DNA of 64,000 bases from Stegostoma tigrinum (Eukaryota): assembly GCF_030684315.1 (NCBI RefSeq), contig NC_081391.1, positions 21,040,629 through 21,104,628 of the forward strand, written 5' to 3'. The notes below the pieces were generated by a model, which saw nothing but the letters and a program-made list of their open reading frames with translations, ran no database searches and was not told the origin of the DNA. Positions 17,079 to 30,616 of the stretch are shown in pieces (within the stretch, counting starts at the first letter, position 1; each line of letters begins with the position of its first letter). The position numbers and the translations under genes are program-made.

Positions 17079-20000
17079 ATGGGGTCAATATCTATATCTG
17101 TTGTACAAGGTGACCTCATTCTACTAAATGACTAGTTGTGCTCTGAGCAAATTAAAATAGTGTTCACCATGGAACTGAGCACAGTGTGTAATTTTCATAG
17201 CTTCTGGTTCTTGGAGCTTTTTGTGTTTTAATGTCTGATCATCAATCCTTTGTTCTTTGTGACAAGCTTTTGATTCAATGCCTGCCCCAGTAACTTGATC
17301 AGTGTTTGATTCTGCTGTGTCTGGGGATTGAGTGGGCAATCCTTTTATTGGAAATTCCATAACTGGTAAGGTTGTTGACAGATAAATCAGCATTACTGAC
17401 ATGTACTCACAGGGACAAGTTTGCAGGACCAGCTTCTAATCAATACACTGACTGAAATCATTCCTTTGCCTAAAGGGTAGGCACTGATCTAATGCACTGT
17501 CCTTGGCCATGTGTTTGCATCTCTTTTAAATAAGGAGATTCTGGAAACCAGGAACACAACCTGCTGGGAAATCTCAGGTTGGGCAGCATTGGTAGGGAGA
17601 AGGGTTGAACAGAACCTGGACATGAGACACTCAATCATCTCTTGATTGACTTTGTTGCCTGACAGTGAGGTGTTTTCCAGCAATTTGTTCTCATGCCGAG
17701 ATGTTAGTGATTTTAGTAGTTTGTAAAATTCCTCCTTACAAGACTAAGATACAATGCTTTTCCACAGTCTCTTTTTTTCTTTGACATAAGCAATTGCTCA
17801 TGTCATTGTTCCCAGAGCTAGGGAATTAGTTTCTTCAGTATTTCCTTTATACATGTAGGAGAAGGAAAAATCTACCTTCTCTTAGAATGCTAACGTCTAG
17901 GAACGGCCATGCGAATGAAGCGGTGCCCACCTCGTTCCCTGTGTGATAATTTCTATTATTACCCTGCAACGAAGAGGTGACAAATACTGAGGATGCCTGG
18001 TGGAAAATCAAGCTAAAATACAAATACCATGTGCAGAATCGGCAGTTCCAATTTTTACGTTTATTAATCTTCAGCAGGAGAGCTGATCTGGCTGACCTGT
18101 GACTCCAAACAGTGCACTGTGGGGGCCTAATCACGATCAATCAGCCCTGAATTACAATGTGACTGGTTTGTGTAAGTGCTTTAACAGGATCAGGATATCA
18201 CTGACGGGCAGCATTTATTATCCATCTCTGATTACCCACCCAGCCCATGAGTAATTCAAATTAAACCCCTTTGCTCTGCCTGTGGCGTTACGCAAAGGCC
18301 CGATCAGGTAAGGATGGCAGTTTCTTACGAACAAGGACATTAGTGAACCAGAAGAGGCTTGTTGGGACCATCTCTTCTGGAAAGAGAATGATGTGCATGA
18401 AATTCTGTCAAGTCAGACAGTATCAGGATTACAGGTGGCAGTCTAACACTCCAGAATGTTGACAGCCTCCAGCAAACGAGCAGCCACTTTCGTCTATCCT
18501 TCCACCACTGACATACGCAGAGACTGCAATATATACCATCTACCAAATGCTGTAGGAATCCACCAAAGCTCCTCAGCCAACTTCTTAAAACCGTAACTAC
18601 TTTCCATCGGACAAGGGCAGATGATATGTGGGAACACCACGTTCTACACCAAACCACCGATCAGCTGGTGTTGGAAACATCGCTCCCAGGTTCCCTCCCG
18701 AACAGCAGTATGGGTTTGATTACACCAAATGGGCTACAGTAATGCAAGAAGGCAAGTCACCACATTCTCTAAACTAATGTTGGCCCTGATCTCTGAGGGG
18801 TTCAAATACCTCTGGATGAAGAGGTTTTGGTGAAATGGTCAAGTTCCTGTTCAACCACAGCCGGAGTGCACAGTTCTGGCAGGTTCGACCCAAAGATGGT
18901 TATGCACAGAATTTCTGGAAGTAACCTGGACAGAGTGATGGTTAATTCATGATAACGGCTTGTCCAGTCCGTCTGTGTAGAAGGTTAAGGGATGGCTGTA
19001 ATTGATAATTTTCAGAGGATTAATGGATTTGACAGGGTAGAGAGGAAAGAACCCATTTCTTCTCAATGATCATCTCGGACTGTGCGCAGAATGGGATGAC
19101 AATCTTCACATTAGAATTACATCATCCAGGATAATATCAAAAACAATTTCTTTGTGGAAAGGACAATATCTGCACACACAGATATTTACTGCACAAGGTT
19201 TGATGTTGCCAATCACTTTCCAATTTCAACAAAAAAAAGTGAGTAATGCATTTTTGTCGAAGAAACACAAAGTCAAAACAGGCTCGATGTTACAAATCTG
19301 ATGTGAGTACAGGAGCTCAGCGACTTTCAGTTTCAAGTATGTGATTATCTGAAAGTGGTCAGGCAGGATGAAGCTGTTATTAATGGAGATTGAGCCACTT
19401 TTGTGAACCTTGAGTTTTCAAATTGAGGCATCGAGGATAAAAGCAACGAATTGATGTTACACCTCTACAAATCATTGGTTAGACCACATTTCCATTATGT
19501 ACTCAGTTCTGGGCGTGACATTCAAGGAAGGATGTGAAAAACCTCAAAAGTGTTCAAAGGTGATTTATTACGATGACCCCAGGAATGGGGAATTTTAGAT
19601 ACACGGAAAGATTAAGGAAAATGGGGGAAATCTCCTTGTAGGTGACCTTATTGACGTGATCAAAACTATGATCAATTTTGTCAGAGTAAAGCAGGATATT
19701 CTGATTTCAGCAGTTGACTTGTCAGTGACGAGGGGTCACAGTTTGTCAGTAGGGGAGATCAGAGTGAAATGGTTAGAAAACTCTTTGCTCAGAAAGTTGT
19801 TCGGATTTGGAATGTGCTGCCTGGGAGAGTGACGGAGGTCGATTCCATGGTTGGTTTCAGAACAAGAGTTGGATATGTCCTTGGAAGTGACGAATTTAGA
19901 GAGTGACAGAGATAGGGCTGGAGAGTGAGACTAATCAGGTAGCTCTTTCAGAAGCTATTACAGGAACGGTGGGCTGAACGGCCTCCTGTTGTGAAAAACG

Positions 20001-21485
20001 CTCTGAATTTCCACTCAGGAAATTCTGAGAGTTTGGGGACGGGGTTTGAATTCCACCTGTAGAAGGCACCTTTAATGTGGGAAAGCTGTAACACGCCAGC
20101 AGAGACATGGTCCTTTACACAAGGTAGACCCAGTTCCACTGGCAAAGAAATGTTGACTGGGGATCCCCCCACTGCTGACCAACACCCACTGTCACAGCCA
20201 ACGATCGCACACACCTATCTTCCACCTGGATGGCCGCTGGGGACTGGTTTTGCATTGCACTTTATCAGGACCCTCCCCTCGATCGTACCATCCTGGGTGG
20301 CGCTGCCAGGAGGTGAAATCTTCTTCAGGTATCACTCTCAGAACCAACAGAACACTCGAGGCTCTCCATCACTGCGAGGTGACAATCCACAGGCATGAGC
20401 TGGAGGCAGGGAGATTCTGCTCAGGTACAGACCCACCACAGAATCGGAGAATTGTTATGGCACAGCAGGAGGCCATTCGGTCCTTTGTGCCTGTACCTGT
20501 TCTGGTTGTTTTCTAAATCTGCCTGTAGAGATGATTTAAGATCTCTGGATCTGGTAGGAACTTGTACCAAGGCCTCCTGGTCCACAGCTAGGGACATGAC
20601 CCCTTAACCACAAGACCCTGGCTGCGCTAGTTGCACAAACGTGGAATCATAGAAAATAAATGTTGAGTCGGCCATTCATCCCTTCCAGCCTGCTCTGCCA
20701 TTCCATGTGATTGTGGCTGATTCCATAACTCAGCACCATATTCTCACCCTCTCTGCATTCCCTTTTGATCCAGCCCTCAAAGCTCTCCCCAATTCCTGTT
20801 TTGGCTTCAATCCTTTTCTGTGGCAGAGAATTCCACAGGATCCACCACCCCGCCCCCCGAGGTGAAGAGATTTCTCCTCACCTCAGTTCTAAATGTATCC
20901 TTAGACTGCAAACCCTGGTCCTGAACTCCCCCATAATCAGGAACATCCTTCCTGTCTTTTCCACAGCTGACACTGTTACAATTTTCTATGACCCAGAGAC
21001 AATTTCCCAACTTTCTTTCCCAAATCCCAGCATAACAAGCTGAGAAACTGATGCCCCTCTTCATCATTGAATCCCTCATGCAGTTGCTCACAACCACCTT
21101 AATTAAAAAAAATGTGAAAACTTTTCTCAAACCAAATTGACTTATTTTAAAAAAGAACCAAATAACACACGACCTGAGTGAGTGGTGCAGAAGGTTTGAG
21201 ATGCCGAATGGCCTCCTGCTGTTCCAATCACAGAATAACCATCCAGACCTGGCTCTCATCTCCACCTCTGATCAGCTCTGCTTAACACACCCACCCCCTC
21301 TCTCTCATTGGTGCCTGTATGCAGGGGTGGTTCCTGATTGGCCGGCAGCAACTGTCAGTCATCATCAGTTCTGCCTCTCTCTGTGTGACTGCAGGATGGT
21401 CCCAGGACTATAAATACAAGAGCCTGTGGGAGAGAGAGACTTAGTTCTAGAGTTTTCTTGGTGCTTGTGAGCAGGAATAGTGAAG

Positions 21486-23761
21486 ATGGTTTCCCAAGTG
21501 TGTCAGAACTACCACAAGGACTGTGAGGATGCTGTTAACAAGCAGATCAACCTGGAGCTCTATTCCTCCTATGTTTACCTCTCCATGGTGAGCTTTGTGG
21601 AATTGAAGCCTGTGCTATGATAGTGTTGACCTGTTTGGTTTTTACGCTGAGTTAATGAATTAGCTGTAACATGTATTATTTTCTGTGGCCCTTCCCCTGT
21701 TGCAATCTAGTGCCGGTCTTATCACTGACTCTCTGTTCAAAACTTGACCACTGTCTTCATGTCCAACTGGCTCCTGGATGTGGATGCCCAGCTTGCTGTC
21801 TCTGGACAATGTAACCCTTGGTGATTTTTTTCATCTAACTCTGGAGGGATGATCTGGTCTTGGTCAATAATTAATTTTTGTAAAACTTTGGTTGTATTCC
21901 TTTTCTCAACAAAAGCTTTTCCTGACACAAATATACTCCTTTTTTAAAACCTTGCCCTATTCACCGGACTGTCTTGTGCTCAAGATGTCAAGTTCCCTGA
22001 ACTAAAAGAACAGCTGCTGCTAGACATTAAACACTAACAAAAATAGCTAGAAAAGCTCTACAGAGCTGGAAGAAATCCAAGCTCTGGGTCCATTGACCCT
22101 TTCTCAGAAGTGGCTTTGAGCTATGCAATGTGAGGAAAGGGGCACATTTTCAGACTATGTATGTGTTTTTTTTTCTTTCTCTCTAACAAAGCAGTTAAAA
22201 TTCTGTGGAGTGGGTGGTAGGACACTGCGGTTATTCAGGTGGGTGATAGTGATAATGAGACTGCTGACTGAGCTTTCTGGTTGTGTTAATGAACACATGT
22301 CCCTTCATTCAGTTGGACAGGGGCCGAACTGGTCTCCACCTCCTGAACAATAGTGTTTCTAACCTGCAGAGCAGGGATGTCTAATGGCTCTAGACAGCTC
22401 TCCCCTTCATCATCCATGGAAGGTGACTTCCTGCTTTGTCTGTTTTTTTAACCACTTAAATGTGGAATCCAGATGGTGCCCAGGTTAGTTCCAGAGTGAG
22501 GAGTGTCATTCATGAATTTCAGACAGTTTCCTTTTAGCCTCTCTCTCCCCACAGTTCTCTTACTTTGACCGGGATGATGTTGCCCTGCATCACTTTGCTG
22601 AGTTCTTCAAGGAGCAGTCCCATGAGGAACGGGAACACGCTGAGAAACTGATGGCATTCCAGAATAAACGTGGAGGTCGAGTCATCCTGCAGGACATCAA
22701 GGTTAGATTCTGAAGCCTTCTGTTTGCAGCTTTTTGTGAGCAGCTACAATCGACTGGTATCTCCATCTATTTAGCTTTAGCCTTGAACAAATACTGTGTG
22801 AAGGGGAGGGTGTTCACCAAAATAGGATTCCTTTAGGTTGAAAGGAAATACTCTGCACTTATGAGGGCAATTGAGAGGAACCAGAATAGTGAGTAGATAT
22901 CAATGTGAATGACTCTCCTTCAGACAGAATGAGGTAACAAAAGCTAAGACAGGAAATTGTTGCACTGTGGAAAGTAGCAGTGTCCAGCCTTTCTGAATCT
23001 GGAAGATGTTTCTAACACCACAATAGTGAAGCCAGGAACTACTTCCATTGGTACCTATTCTCTACATGTGAATTCTGAGAATCTACATTAACAGTAGAAT
23101 GTGTTTAGAAAATTTGTTATTCCCTCAGTACAAAATCTAGTTGTTGTCTTCAAATTCAAGTTGGTTTGCAGTACCTCCCCTACAATGATGAGGGATAACT
23201 AACTGATCAGATGTAGACTAATGATACAACTGCCTGCTGAACTGTGCTTTCTGTTCCTGCTTCCCTCCCTCCAGAAGCCAGAGCAGGATGAGTGGGGCAG
23301 TGGTCTGGAGGCAATGCAGAGAGCTCTGCAGATGGAGAAGGATGTGAACCAGAGTCTGCTGGATCTGCACAAACTCGCCTCTGGCCACACTGACCCTCAT
23401 GTGAGTTTGTAAACTTTCTTCTTGGAAGAAAGTGGTGTGTTTGTGCACTCTCTGGGTAAAAATCCAATTACCTTCTCCCAGCCTCCTGCAGGCTGTTAAA
23501 ACAAACTTACAAATGCATCACCTCAGTGGACCTCCACCTGGTTGTGATGGTCACATCTGTCATGGGGGTCACTTTCAGACACTTTTGATCCTCTGGATTA
23601 ATTTTCTCTTCCAGCTGTGTGACTTCCTGGAGAGGCAATACTTGGATGAGCAAGTGAAGATGATCAAGAAGCTGGGAGATCACATCACCAACCTGAAGAG
23701 ACTGGGAGCCCCTGACAATGGCATGGGAGAGTACCTGTTTGACAGGCTCACACTCGGCTGA
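21486..23761 (+). CDS. ferritin subunit (M / heavy-chain-B-like), copy D, 173 aa, intact
   Basis: join(21486..21587,22555..22701,23275..23400,23615..23761). TATA at 21409. Ends [10 protein letters not shown]...FDRLTLG. Confidence 0.94.
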
Positions 23762-25837
23762 ATGGGGTCAATAATGTGTATGTTGTACATGGTGACATAA
23801 TGCTAGTAACTTGGTTGTGCTCTGAGCAAATTAAAATAGTGTTCACCATGCAACTGAGTACTTTGCATAATTTCACAGCTGCTTCTGGCTCTTGGTATTG
23901 CTGTTTGACACCTGATCATGAAGTGTTTTTCTGTTCTGATTAACCTTTGATTCAATGCCTGCCCCACTGGCTTGCTCCTTTTCTCTTGTTTGTAGGAATT
24001 AGGTGGGCAATCCTTGTAGTGGAAATTCCACAAGTGTTCAGTTTGGGTTTTTTTGGCGAGTAAGCAGTGTTGTATTGACTTCTTTATTCCAAACCAGCTT
24101 CTGGTCAATATCTTCAGTGAAACCAGCCCCCTGTCTCAATGTTAGACACTGCCCTTGCAAATGTTTAGGTCTCTTTTGTAAATAAGCAGGGGCAGGAAAT
24201 AGCAAGTTTGGGGAGCATCTGTGGAGAGAAAACTGTTCAGTCCCAGGACCCAAGCTTTCCAGCAATTTTGTTGTCGCACTTCAAATCTAATGATTTGAGC
24301 ATACATTCACTCTTTTTGGAACAGGAATATATATAGCAGAACATCCAGCATTTCAGATGCACTGATCTTTCGCATTTAGATAAGCAATTGTGTCCAGATG
24401 TGGGAAATTGGTTTCTCTCTTTTGCTGCGGTGGTGGAAGGAGTGAGGGCAGTGGCTGTTTGTAGGAGAATGGCAAAGTTTGTTTTCTTGTGTATCAGTCT
24501 CTCTGCTTCTAGACAATGATCCTGATTAGGTAATGAAGCAGTCCCCACCTTCGAGCCCCTGTGGTAGAACTTCTATCACTTCTCTGCAGTCTAAGGACGC
24601 CAAATGCTCATGACACCAGGAGAAAATAAAGCTCGAACCCAAATGCCACTGGCAGAAAGCAGCAGTTCCTATTCTTAGCAAGGAAATAAGCTCTCCTGAT
24701 GTAGATTGACTGACTGGAATGTACCTACACCTGCAGAGCACTCTGGCTGCCTAATTACTGATGCTCAGGGGTGACAGATTCCTTTAGAAAAAGGATGAGG
24801 ATGTCTCTGAGCTGACACCATTTATCCATTTCCGATTGCCCCCCGCCAAAGCCAGGTCAGAGTGTCACGCTTTGCTGTGGTTGCAGTGTCATATGCAGGC
24901 CAGACTAAGTAAGGATGCATTTTTGACACTGAATTTAATGCTACTCATCAGTTTCTTAATTCTAGAACTCCAGAGAGTTGTTGCACAGAATTAGAAGATC
25001 AGTCCACCACTCCAGAAATGTGATGGCCTCCCGCTCCCACCAGCCACGAGATTCATTCTTTGCACCACTGACACACACAGAGTACACTGTGTACTGCCTC
25101 CCAAAAGCTGCAGAAATCCACCATCGCTCCTGAGACAATACTTTCCATAGCCCTAATTACGTGCCATGGGAGAAAAGCATCTGATACAGGGGAACACCAC
25201 CCCCTCTAACTACTCCACCAAGCGACATGCCATCCTGAGTTGGAAACGTGACCCGCCATGCTCCAGGGTCGGTGGATCAGAATCCTGGAATTCCCTCACT
25301 CAGAACATTATGGATCTGACGACAGCAAATAGGCAACAGCAATTCAAGAAGGAAAGCCACCACATTCTCTCATGGTGAGCCTGATCTCAGACCGGGTCCA
25401 ATACCTCGGGATGGGCCTTCTTTTGTGAAATTGTCAAGTCCTAGTTCAACCCCATCTGGAGTGCACTGTTCCAGTAGGTTCAATCCAAAGATGCTTATGC
25501 ACAGAATTTCTGGAATGAACCTGGGCAGAAAGTTAATTGGCTACGATGATAATAGTTTTCCCAAGTCTCTCGGTGTAGAAGTGGAAGGGATGTCTGTGCT
25601 TGAAATTTACAAGTGGATTCATGGATTTGATAGGGTAGATAGAGAGATCCTGCTTCTTTTCAATTCCATTCCAGGACCGAGAGTGGGGAATATGATTACA
25701 TTCCTAGTAGTAGAAGTAAATCATCCATGATAAAGCAAAAAACAGCTGCTTTTTGGAAAGGATAATATGTGAATGAGCAGTTAGATATTTATTCGGTAAG
25801 ATATTGATGTTGCCAATCACTTTCCCATTGCAACATA

Positions 25838-26999
25838 TGACCAAACAGGTAGATGAGAGAAAACCGGTTGATGTGGTGTATATGGATTTCGGCAAGGCTT
25901 TCGATTAGGCTATTGTACAAAATACGGAGGAATGGGATTGTGGGAGATATAGCAGTTTGGATCAGAAATTGGCTTGCTGAAAGAAGACAGCGTGGTGGTT
26001 GATGGGAAATGTTCATCCTAGAGACCGGTTACTCGCGGTGTACCGCAAGGGTCGGTGCTGGGTCCACTGCTGTTTGTCATTTTTATAAACGTAGAAGGAT
26101 GGGTTAGTAAATTTGCAGACGACACGAAGGTCGGTGGAGATGTGGATAGTGACGAAGAATGTTGTAGGTTACAGAGAGACGTAGATAAGTTGCAGAGCTG
26201 GGCTGAGAGGTGGCAAACGGAGGTTAATGCGGACAAGTGTGAGGTGTTGTACTTTGGTAGGAGGAACCGGAAGGCAAAGTACTGTAAGATTCTTGGTAGT
26301 GTAGATGAGCAGAGAGATCTCGGTGACCATGTACACAGATCCTTGAAAGTTGCCACCCAGGTTGACAGGGTTGTTAAGAAGGCATACAGTGTTTTAGCTT
26401 TTATGAATCCAGGGATCATGTTCCGGAACCAAGAGGTTATGCTGCAGCTGTACAAAACTCTGGTGCGGCCGCACTTGGAGCATTGCGTACAATTCTGGTC
26501 ACCGCGTTATAAGAAGGATGTGGAAGTTTTGGAAAGGGTGCAGAGGAGGTTTACTAGGATGTTGCCTGGTATGGAGGGAAAGTCTTACGAGGAAAGGCTG
26601 AGGGACTTGAGGCTGTTCTCGTTAGAGAGAAGAAGGTTGAGAGGTGACTTAATTGAGACATATAAGATAATCAAAGGGTTAGACAGGTTGGATAGGGAGA
26701 GCCTTTTCCCTAGGACGGAAACGGCGAGCACGAGGGGGCATAGCTTTAAATTGAGGGGTGAACGATATAGGACAGATGTCAGAGGTAGTTGCTTTACTCA
26801 GAGAATAGTAAGGGTATGGAACGCTTTGCCTACAACGGTCGTAGATTCACCAACTTTAAGTACATTTAAGTCGTCATTGGACAAGCATATGGACGTACGT
26901 GGAATAGTGTTGGTTAGATGAGCTTCAGATCGGTATGACAGGTCGGCACAACGTCAGGGCCGAAGGGCCTGTACTGTGCTGGAATGTTCTATGTTCTAT
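25838..26999 (+). mobile_element. 5'-truncated CR1 LINE, same insertion as 14043-15218
   Basis: ORF 26055..26921 encodes the RT C-terminus (KFADDTK, RPHLEHCVQFWSP). TSD AACATA at 25832-25837 and 27000-27005. Confidence 0.92.
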
Positions 27000-28206
27000 A
27001 ACATAAAAGATTAATGCATTTTGGTTGAGAAACATAGAAAGACAAAACAGGCTCGATGTTACAAATCTGAGGTGAGTACGGGAGCAGAGGGACTTTGGGT
27101 TTCAAGTATGTGATTATCTGAAAGTGGCCGAGCGGGACTAACCTGCTATGAAGAAGGCTTTTGTGAAATGTGTGTTTTCAAATAGATGCGGAGAGTATAA
27201 AAGCGAGGAATAGATGTTACACCTCCACAAATCATGGGTTAGACCACATTTGCAGTACTGTGTTCAGTTCTGGGCATGGTATTTAAGGAAGGACATTAAA
27301 GCCCTCGACAGAGTTCAAAGGGCATTTACGAGAATGACACCAGGAATGAGGGATTTTAGATACAAGGAAAGATGAAGGAAATTGGGATAAATCTCCTTGA
27401 AGCATAGTTGATTAAGAGGTGTCCCCGTTGAAGTGACAAAAATAATGAACATTCTGTCAGGGTAAAGGAGGATATCCTGTTTTCACCAGTTGATACGGCA
27501 GTGATGAGGGGTCACAATTTGTCAGTAAGGGAGCTCTGAGATGAGGACAAACCTCTCTATTCAGAAGGTTGTTAGGATTTGGAATCTGATGCCTGGGAGA
27601 GTGGCGGAGGTAGATCCCATAGGTGGCTTCAAAACAAGAGCTGGATATATACTTGGGAGTGACGAATATAGAGGGTATAGGGCTGGAGAGGGCGACTAGG
27701 TGGGTAGCTCTTTCGGAAGCCGATACGGACATGATGGGCTGAATGGCCTCTGTCGTTAAAAATCCTCTGAATGTCCACCCAGGAACTTTTGTAAATTTTG
27801 GGTTTGTATTCCTCTCAGTCTTAAATGTCCAACCCAGTCCTCTTACATCAGGATACCCTGATCCTGGACTCCCCCATCATTGGGAACATCCTTCCTGTCC
27901 TTGCCCCGTCTGATCCTGTCACAGTTTTCTATGACCCAGAGCCAATTTGCCACCTTTCTGTCTCATATCCCAGCACAACAGGCTGAGAAACCGACACCTC
28001 TTCTTCATTGACTTCCTCGTGCAGTTTGTCACAACCGCCTTAATTTAGAAACAAAATGTTAAAGCTTTTTTCAATTGCCAGTCATCATCAGCTCTGCCCT
28101 TCTCTGTGTCAGTGCGGGATGGCCCCCAGGAGTATAAATACAGAGCTTGTCGGGGAGCAACTCAGTTCTAGGGTGGTCTTGGTTTTAATGAACAAGGCTA
28201 GTGATG

Positions 28207-30616
28207 ATGGCCTCCCAAGTATGTCAGAACTACCACAAGGACTGTGAGGATGCTGTTAACAAACAGATCAACCTGGAGCTCTATTCCTCCTATGTTTACC
28301 TCTCCATGGTGAGACTTGTGATCTTGAATGGTCTATTTCAGTGTTAGGGCTGTGATATGATTGTACTGAGCCTTTAAGTGGCTTCTTGCTCAATGATTTA
28401 GTACTACCATATATCTTGTCTGTTGTCCTTCCTGGAATGAATCCTGTGAGTGCTCTTAATGCTAATTCTGTAGCAATTTTAAGCTTGTCTTGTGTTGGAG
28501 CTGGCTCTTGTCTAGGAGTCCCCAGGATGTTGTAATTCTGGGCAGAGCACATTTTTGGTGCTGAGGGATGGCCTGGTTCTGCTTCTTAATTCAACTCCTC
28601 CTTCCATGTTGATATCAATGGCCCATTTATATTTGAAATCATTTACATCCTTGTGGAAGCTTGCATCAGTCCAAATCTAACTTTTTATATCTTGTCCTTT
28701 TAATGAAGCCTTTTTTTTAATAAACATCCTAACTGTGATTAACTACTGGAAATAAAAGACTAAAATGAGCTGCTGGAAAAGCTTAGTGGGTCTGGTAGGA
28801 TCTGTGGTGAGAAATCAGTTCCTGTTTTTGGTCCGGTGACCTTTCCTTCACGGTTTTTAGTTGCTACTTATGAGGAGCAGACTTTTTCCACTCCCAAGAT
28901 GGATTATCTGGAACAAAAATCAGTCACTGTCTCTTGTGCAGATGAGGTGTTAGGACAGTGGGGCTAAATCAGATGAGTGATGTTGGTAATGTGAGGAGCT
29001 CAGATTTCAGCTTCTCTTGGTCAACATGCACATGTCCCTTCATTCAGTTGGACAATGCCCTGATTGGCTTCCAGCACTGGGTAATAGTGTTTCTGACCTG
29101 CAGTGCAGGGATGTCTAATGCCTGTTGCCAGCTGTGACCGTCACCGTGCACTGTCTCACCAAGTCACCGACCAGCGGTTGTAGCGGGTGCTACTTAATCT
29201 TTATTTCTAGATGTTTGAACAAATGTCTGTCTAGTTTAGTTTATGGATGACCATAAATGTAAATACCTGTCTTCTTACTGTCCATCTAACTTCCATTTCG
29301 TGAGCAAAACCAAGCTGAATTGAGTGAAATTTACTTCCCATTTTGTCTGTTTGCAGTTCTCTCTCTTTGACCAGGATGATGTTGCCCTCCATCACTTTGC
29401 TGAGTTCTTCAAGGAGCAGTCCCATGAGGAGCGGGAACACGCTGAGAAACTGATGGCATTCCAGAATAAACGTGGAGGCTGAGTCCTCCTGCAGGACATC
29501 AAGGTTGGATTCTGAGAATGTCTGTCTGTTTGCAGCTTTTTGAGCAGCGACAATCGAATGGTATCTCCATCTATTTAGCTTCAGGATTGATCAAATACTA
29601 TGTCAAGGGCAAGTTGTTCCCCGAAACAGGATTTGTTTAGGGAAAAGGGAAATACTTTGCATTTGTGACTCAATAGCAGAAGGCAATTCAGATGATCCAG
29701 GCTACTGGATGGTGAGCACATGTCCCTGTATGTGACTCTATATGGACAAGGTGAGGTAACAAAAGGTAAGGCTGAGAACTTGCAGCTACAAAAAGCAGCA
29801 GCATCCAACCTCACTACATCTAGAAGAGGTTTGTAATGCCTTGGGACCATTCTGGTCACTACATCAAACAGTAAAGCAAGGGATTACTTCCATTGCGACT
29901 GATTCTAGATACGACTTCTTTCAGAATTCACAGTAACAGTGAGATATGTTAACATTTCTTTATTCTCAGGCCAGCATAAAATCTAGAGGGTTTTTGTATC
30001 CAAGTAAAATTTTTTGTCTGAATGTAACCCCTGGAAATGATGAGGGATAACTAACTGATCAGATGTAGACTAATGATACAACTGCCTGCTGAGCTGTGCT
30101 TTCTGTTCCTGCTTCCCTCCCTTCAGAAGCCAGAGCAGGATGAGTGCGGCAATGGTCTGGAGGTGATGCAGAGAGCTCTGCAGATGGAGAAGGATGTGAA
30201 CCAGAGTCTGCTGGATCTGCACAAACTTGCCTCTGACCACATAGACCCTCATGTGAGGTTTTATCCCTTTCCTGGTAGAAAGTGATCTGTTTGTGTACTT
30301 CCAGGGTGGGGAATCCAATTATTTTTCTACCTGCCTCCTGCAGGATGTTTAAACAAAACCTTGTGAAGGCATCACTTGCATGCCCCTCCCCCATAGGGAG
30401 GTGATGGTCACTTCTGTCATGGGAGGTCACTGACATTTTTTGATCCTTGTTGGATTAATTTTGTCTTCCAGCTGTGATTTCATGGAGAGGCACTACTTGG
30501 ATAAGCAAGTGAAGATGATCAAGAAGCTGGGAGATCACATCACCAACCTGAAGAGACTGGGAGCCCCTGACAATGGCATGGGAGACTACATGTTTGACAG
30601 GCTGCCACTCCATTGA
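28207..30616 (+). pseudogene. ferritin pseudogene E
   Basis: Exons 28207..28308, 29357..29503, 30127..30252 and 30472..30616. CGA>TGA stop at 29480-29482, a 2-bp deletion at the start of exon 4 (CTG TGA) and W>C in DEW. Confidence 0.92.
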
